DNA from: Candidatus Latescibacterota bacterium
GTDB lineage: Bacteria; Latescibacterota; UBA2968; GCA-2709665
DNA: 64,000 bases
NCBI GenBank assembly: GCA_965226795.1
Contig: CBDDDZ010000005.1
Location: 2,400,001-2,464,000 of the forward strand
Direction: 5' to 3'
Shown here: positions 59,960 through 64,000 of the stretch, in pieces
Position numbering within the stretch: the stretch's first letter is position 1
Layout of the letters: the number at the start of each line of letters is the position of its first letter
Position numbers and translations under genes: made by a program
Notes under the pieces: model-generated
What the model saw: only the letters and a program-made list of their open reading frames with translations
Databases searched by the model: none
What the model was told of the DNA's origin: nothing

Positions 59960-61840
59960 ATGTGGACCTACGATAAACACTACGATATCATTGTTGTGGG
60001 CGCTGGACACGCTGGAGCCGAAGCCGCCCTGGCAGGCGCCCGCATGGGGTGCAAGACCCTGCTGCTGACGATGAATCTGGACACGGTCGCCCAGATGTCC
60101 TGCAATCCCGCGGTGGGAGGCATTGCCAAAGGCCACATGGTGCGCGAAATCGATGCGTTGGGCGGCGAAATGGCGCAGAACATCGATGTGACGGGACTGC
60201 AATTCCGCCTGCTCAACCGGAGTAAGGGGCCGGCAGTGCAGGCCCCTCGGGCACAGGCCGACAAAAAAGCGTATCAATTTCGCATGAAATATGTTGTGGA
60301 AAGCCAGACGAACCTGGATCTCAAGCAGGGCCTGATCGAAGATCTGCTGGTTGACGACGGGCGAATCAGGGGCATCGTCACCAAGTCCCGCACGATCTTC
60401 CTGGGTCAGACGGTCATCCTGACAACCGGCACTTTTCTCAGGGGCCTCGTCCACGTGGGCAACCGATCTTACAGTGCCGGGCGCGCCGGCGAGCAATCCG
60501 CCGAACGGGCATCCGGCGACCTGCGGCGGTTGGGCTTTGAACTGGGGAGGTTGAAAACGGGGACGCCACCGCGGATCAATTCCCGCAGCGTCGATTACAG
60601 TGTGATGGAAATCCAGCCCGGTGACGAGCAGCCGTGCCCCTTCTCCTACCGCACCGAGACCATCACACAGGAACAACTAAACTGCCACATCACCTACACC
60701 ACGCCAGAAACCCACGATCTCATACGTCGGAACCTGGATCGTTCGGCAATGTACAGCGGCCGTATCCAGTCCGTGGGTCCACGGTACTGTCCTTCGATCG
60801 AAGACAAAGTCGTCAAATTTGCAGATAGGCAAAAGCATCAGTTGTTTGTGGAGCCGGAAGGCTACAACACGTTCGAAGTCTACCTCAACGGTCTGTCAAT
60901 GAGCCTGCCTGAAGACGTGCAGGTCGAGGTCGTCCGCAGCGTTCCCGGCCTTGAAAACGCCGAAATCATGCGGCCGGGTTACGCCATTGAATACGACTAT
61001 GTCCCTCCGACCCAGATCCTTCCCACGCTGGAAACCAAACCGGTCCGCGGCCTGTTTTTCGCGGGGCAAATCAACGGCACCACGGGCTACGAAGAAGCGG
61101 CCGGACAGGGCCTGATGGCGGGCATCAATGCCGCATTGCAGGTCCGGAACGAAGACGCGTTAATTCTGGACCGCGCCCAGGCTTATATCGGCGTACTGAT
61201 CGACGATCTCACAACGAAAGGTACGGAAGAGCCTTACCGCATGTTTACCGCATTGGCGGAATACCGTCTGTTGTTGCGGCACGACAACGCCGACCTGCGC
61301 CTGACCGAAATCGGTCGCAGGATCGGGCTGGTTTCAGACAGCGCCTACGAATGTTTTCAGCGTCGGACGGCAGCAATTGCCGCCGAACAACGCCGTCTGA
61401 GAAAGATAAAAGTCACGCCCTCAGACCGGGTTCAGCAGTACCTTCGCACAGCGGGCACCTCCCCTCTCGCACAGTCCGCACCTCTGATCGATCTGTTGCG
61501 CAGGCCCCAACTCGACTACCGCTTTGTACAGGAAGTCGCGCCACCTCCGGAACCGCTGCGTCCAGATGTATGCCAATCCGTTGAGGTCGAACTCAAATAC
61601 GAAGGTTATATCCAGCGCCAGAAAGCGCAGGTGGCCAGGTTTCAGGATCTGGAGACAAAGCGCCTTCCGGACAACATCGACTACATGGAACTTCCCGCCA
61701 TCTCCCGCGAGGCCGCCGAGAAGCTCTCGCAGGTACGCCCTCGCTCACTGGGCCAGGCTTCCCGAATTCCAGGCGTTTCACCCGCGGACATCTCGGCCCT
61801 AATGGTCCTCCTGAGAGCCCGTGGCCGGGGTACGGCATGA
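59960..61840 (+). CDS. mnmG: tRNA U34 modification enzyme MnmG (GidA)
   Basis: [43 protein letters not shown]. Confidence 0.98.
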   Translation: MWTYDKHYDIIVVGAGHAGAEAALAGARMGCKTLLLTMNLDTVAQMSCNPAVGGIAKGHMVREIDALGGEMAQNIDVTGLQFRLLNRSKGPAVQAPRAQADKKAYQFRMKYVVESQTNLDLKQGLIEDLLVDDGRIRGIVTKSRTIFLGQTVILTTGTFLRGLVHVGNRSYSAGRAGEQSAERASGDLRRLGFELGRLKTGTPPRINSRSVDYSVMEIQPGDEQPCPFSYRTETITQEQLNCHITYTTPETHDLIRRNLDRSAMYSGRIQSVGPRYCPSIEDKVVKFADRQKHQLFVEPEGYNTFEVYLNGLSMSLPEDVQVEVVRSVPGLENAEIMRPGYAIEYDYVPPTQILPTLETKPVRGLFFAGQINGTTGYEEAAGQGLMAGINAALQVRNEDALILDRAQAYIGVLIDDLTTKGTEEPYRMFTALAEYRLLLRHDNADLRLTEIGRRIGLVSDSAYECFQRRTAAIAAEQRRLRKIKVTPSDRVQQYLRTAGTSPLAQSAPLIDLLRRPQLDYRFVQEVAPPPEPLRPDVCQSVEVELKYEGYIQRQKAQVARFQDLETKRLPDNIDYMELPAISREAAEKLSQVRPRSLGQASRIPGVSPADISALMVLLRARGRGTA

Positions 61841-62697
61841 ATGTTAGCGCGAAACAGATACAGGCCATTGTCTCGCTCCTGGACGACCGTAACGCCGATA
61901 TCTTAGACATCGTGCGGGGCAAGCTGTTCACAATGGGCGAGCCGGTCGTCCGCAAGATCCAGGATGCCGCGTCCGGGGGGTCGCCAGCGCAACGGGAGGC
62001 CGGCCGGATCCTGTTGTGCCTCAAGGAACCCCCGCTGGAAACGCAGTTCCAAAAACTACAGGAGAACCCCACCGGCGACATCGACCTGGAAACAGCGTCG
62101 TTTACCCTGGCCAAGCTCGAATATCCGACCCTCAACATTCATCGTTACAGAAGTCAGCTCAACAGGATGGCCGGGGACCTGGCCCCCTCCATTGCTCCAG
62201 ACGACCATCCGCTCAGAATAATCCAGACCCTGAACCACTACCTTTTCGATACACAGGGTTTCCGGGGGCAAAGAAACGACCCGATCGTTCCGGCCGCCAG
62301 CTATATGAACCGGGTTCTGGATTGCAAGACAGGTCTGCCCATTTCGATTTCAGCGCTTTTCATTTTTCTGGGCCGCCGGCTCGATCTGCCCATTCTCGGC
62401 GTCGGGATGCCCTTTCACTTTATTACCAAGTACAAGACAACGGACGGCATGGAGTTCCTTTTCGACCCCTTTAACAGGGGCCAACTCTTGACAGCGAATG
62501 AATGCCGGGAATATCTCTCCCGGTTCGACATGGAGTTTGAGCCGTCCATGCTGCGCCAATCATCCGACCGGCAAATACTCACCCGCATGATGTTCAACCT
62601 TTGTGCCGCCTACCGTAATCAGAAGGGTGCGCGAAAGGTCGACACCCTCGATCGTCTGCTTAGGATCCTACTCAAGCACTCACCGTTACAGGAGTAA
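61837..62697 (+). CDS. SirB1-like transglutaminase-core protein
   Basis: GFRG, S....[32 protein letters not shown] overlap with mnmG. Confidence 0.85.
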   Translation: MNVSAKQIQAIVSLLDDRNADILDIVRGKLFTMGEPVVRKIQDAASGGSPAQREAGRILLCLKEPPLETQFQKLQENPTGDIDLETASFTLAKLEYPTLNIHRYRSQLNRMAGDLAPSIAPDDHPLRIIQTLNHYLFDTQGFRGQRNDPIVPAASYMNRVLDCKTGLPISISALFIFLGRRLDLPILGVGMPFHFITKYKTTDGMEFLFDPFNRGQLLTANECREYLSRFDMEFEPSMLRQSSDRQILTRMMFNLCAAYRNQKGARKVDTLDRLLRILLKHSPLQE

Positions 62698-62918
62698 CCG
62701 GTACGTTTCGTTCTGAGAACCTCGGCCAGGGGTCGGCGCTTGCCTTCCGGCGCGCTGCATGACCGCCGCAACTTCAGAATCCGGCACCGGCCACATTCCG
62801 CATCCCGTTCCGGGTCGGCGCAATGAACTGTGTTTCCGTGCACGCAGGATCACCGACTGCCAGGCTTCCCCGCGTTCTCCAAGCCAGGTAAGCCCTCGTC
62901 TGTCGCCGTGCTCAAGCC

Positions 62919-63392
62919 ATGGCTGATAACATCAAAATCGTAGTGCAGAACCGAAAAGCCCGGCGGGACTTTTTTCTTGTCGACGCCTACGAAGCCGGCC
63001 TCGAACTCAAAGGCACGGAGGTGAAATCACTACGCCTTGGCAACGCAAATATGGCAGACTGCTATGCCCGCGTGGAAAACAACGAAGTCTTCCTGCATAA
63101 CCTCCACATTGGTGAATACACCGAGGCCAACCGCTTCAATCATGATCCGGTTCGCAAACGCCGGCTGTTGCTACACAGAAACGAAATCGATCGGCTAAGG
63201 GTACGTACGGAAGAAAAGGGACTCACGCTCGTTGCTCTGAAGCTCTATTTCAAACGCGGCAGAGCCAAGGTCGAACTGGCCGTCGCCCGGGGTAAACGCG
63301 AATACGACCGGCGCCACGACATCGCCAAACGTGACGCTCAACGTGAAATGCAGCGGGAACTCAAGGTGCGGGGAACGAGATCTGGTATCTAG
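62919..63392 (+). CDS. smpB: SsrA-binding protein
   Basis: NRKAR, EAGL.L.GTEVKSLR, RRLLLH, GK..YD.R. Confidence 0.97.
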   Translation: MADNIKIVVQNRKARRDFFLVDAYEAGLELKGTEVKSLRLGNANMADCYARVENNEVFLHNLHIGEYTEANRFNHDPVRKRRLLLHRNEIDRLRVRTEEKGLTLVALKLYFKRGRAKVELAVARGKREYDRRHDIAKRDAQREMQRELKVRGTRSGI

Positions 63393-63451
63393 TGTCCGCG
63401 GCGACTCGAATCCGATCCCGATTCACCATCTCCATCCTGTCGAGAAGGTCC

Positions 63452-64000
63452 ATGGAAAATGAGAAAAGGCGCCAGGCCTTTTTCCCGGCCTGCGTACTGG
63501 GTGCCTTTATCGTGCTGTCGCTGTTTTGTTCTTCCGCGAACGCAGGAAAAGCCGGCGCGCCCGTTCTCATTCCCACGTCGAGAATCGGCGAGGGCGCCTA
63601 CGTGTCTCTGGATGACCTGGCCAGGATTCTGGGCGGCCGACTCCATCCCTATCCATCGAAGGGAAAAATCGCCTTGCGGAAGGGTGGAAATTCGATTGTC
63701 TTTACCCCGTTTTCCTCCGTTGTTACCGTAAACGACGTCGGATACAGGCTGCCGCTGGAAACGCGATACCACGACAGCGAGGCCTTATGGGTTCCGTCTG
63801 ATGCGATCCTGTCGTTGCTGGCTCGAACCCTTGCCGGTTATCCCCGGATGACAGCGGTTGAAACACCCGTCGATGCTGCCCGCGCGTCCGTTCGGGAAAC
63901 CCGGCAGCCTGCTGGACGAACACCGGTACCGCGGGCGAAAGTCGACCCCAAACGCTGGACGATCGACACCATCATCATAGACCCCGGGCACGGCGGCAGG
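63452..64000 (+). CDS. N-acetylmuramoyl-L-alanine amidase (partial, runs off the window end)
   Basis: Open frame from ATG 63452 with a signal-like segment, ending in TIIIDPGHGG (Amidase_3 start); not in the ORF track. Confidence 0.85.
   Translation, partial: MENEKRRQAFFPACVLGAFIVLSLFCSSANAGKAGAPVLIPTSRIGEGAYVSLDDLARILGGRLHPYPSKGKIALRKGGNSIVFTPFSSVVTVNDVGYRLPLETRYHDSEALWVPSDAILSLLARTLAGYPRMTAVETPVDAARASVRETRQPAGRTPVPRAKVDPKRWTIDTIIIDPGHGGR

Noticed and set aside
62698..63451. tmRNA next to smpB
   Set aside because: No tRNA-like ends or tag reading frame seen in either flank

Overview
This is a GC-rich bacterial chromosomal segment with about 60 CDSs. I found no rRNA, tRNA, CRISPR array, prophage or intact transposase. 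Gene content and order (split gcvPA/gcvPB, a short RpoD-type sigma factor, efp-accB-accC-gcvH, scpA-scpB-cmk-plsC-rpsA, many Gfo/Idh/MocA, SDR and DHDPS paralogs) suggest an FCB-related lineage such as Latescibacterota or Gemmatimonadota; this placement is inference only. The first ~40 kb is mostly accessory catabolic genes: an amidohydrolase, a dimethylformamidase-like protein, an amidase, oxidoreductases, aldolases, a DASS transporter and an orphan IorA. It also holds ferritin, a sigma factor, gcvP, a type II toxin-antitoxin pair and four frameshifted genes. The last ~24 kb is mostly housekeeping (rel, mutS, mtaB, rpsA, cmk, scpAB, accBC, efp, bioB, mnmG, smpB). The most interesting unexplained signals are non-coding: (1) a ~300-nt structured region with twin UCCCCUG-loop hairpins behind a near-consensus promoter upstream of the sigma gene; (2) a ferritin leader with mutually exclusive pairings and a U-tract; (3) three copies of a modular REP-like element, one flanked by 27-bp imperfect direct repeats. 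Protein oddities include a Rel with an altered hydrolase motif and a predicted leaderless, frameshifted toxin. All calls come from reading motifs by eye; no database searches were run.
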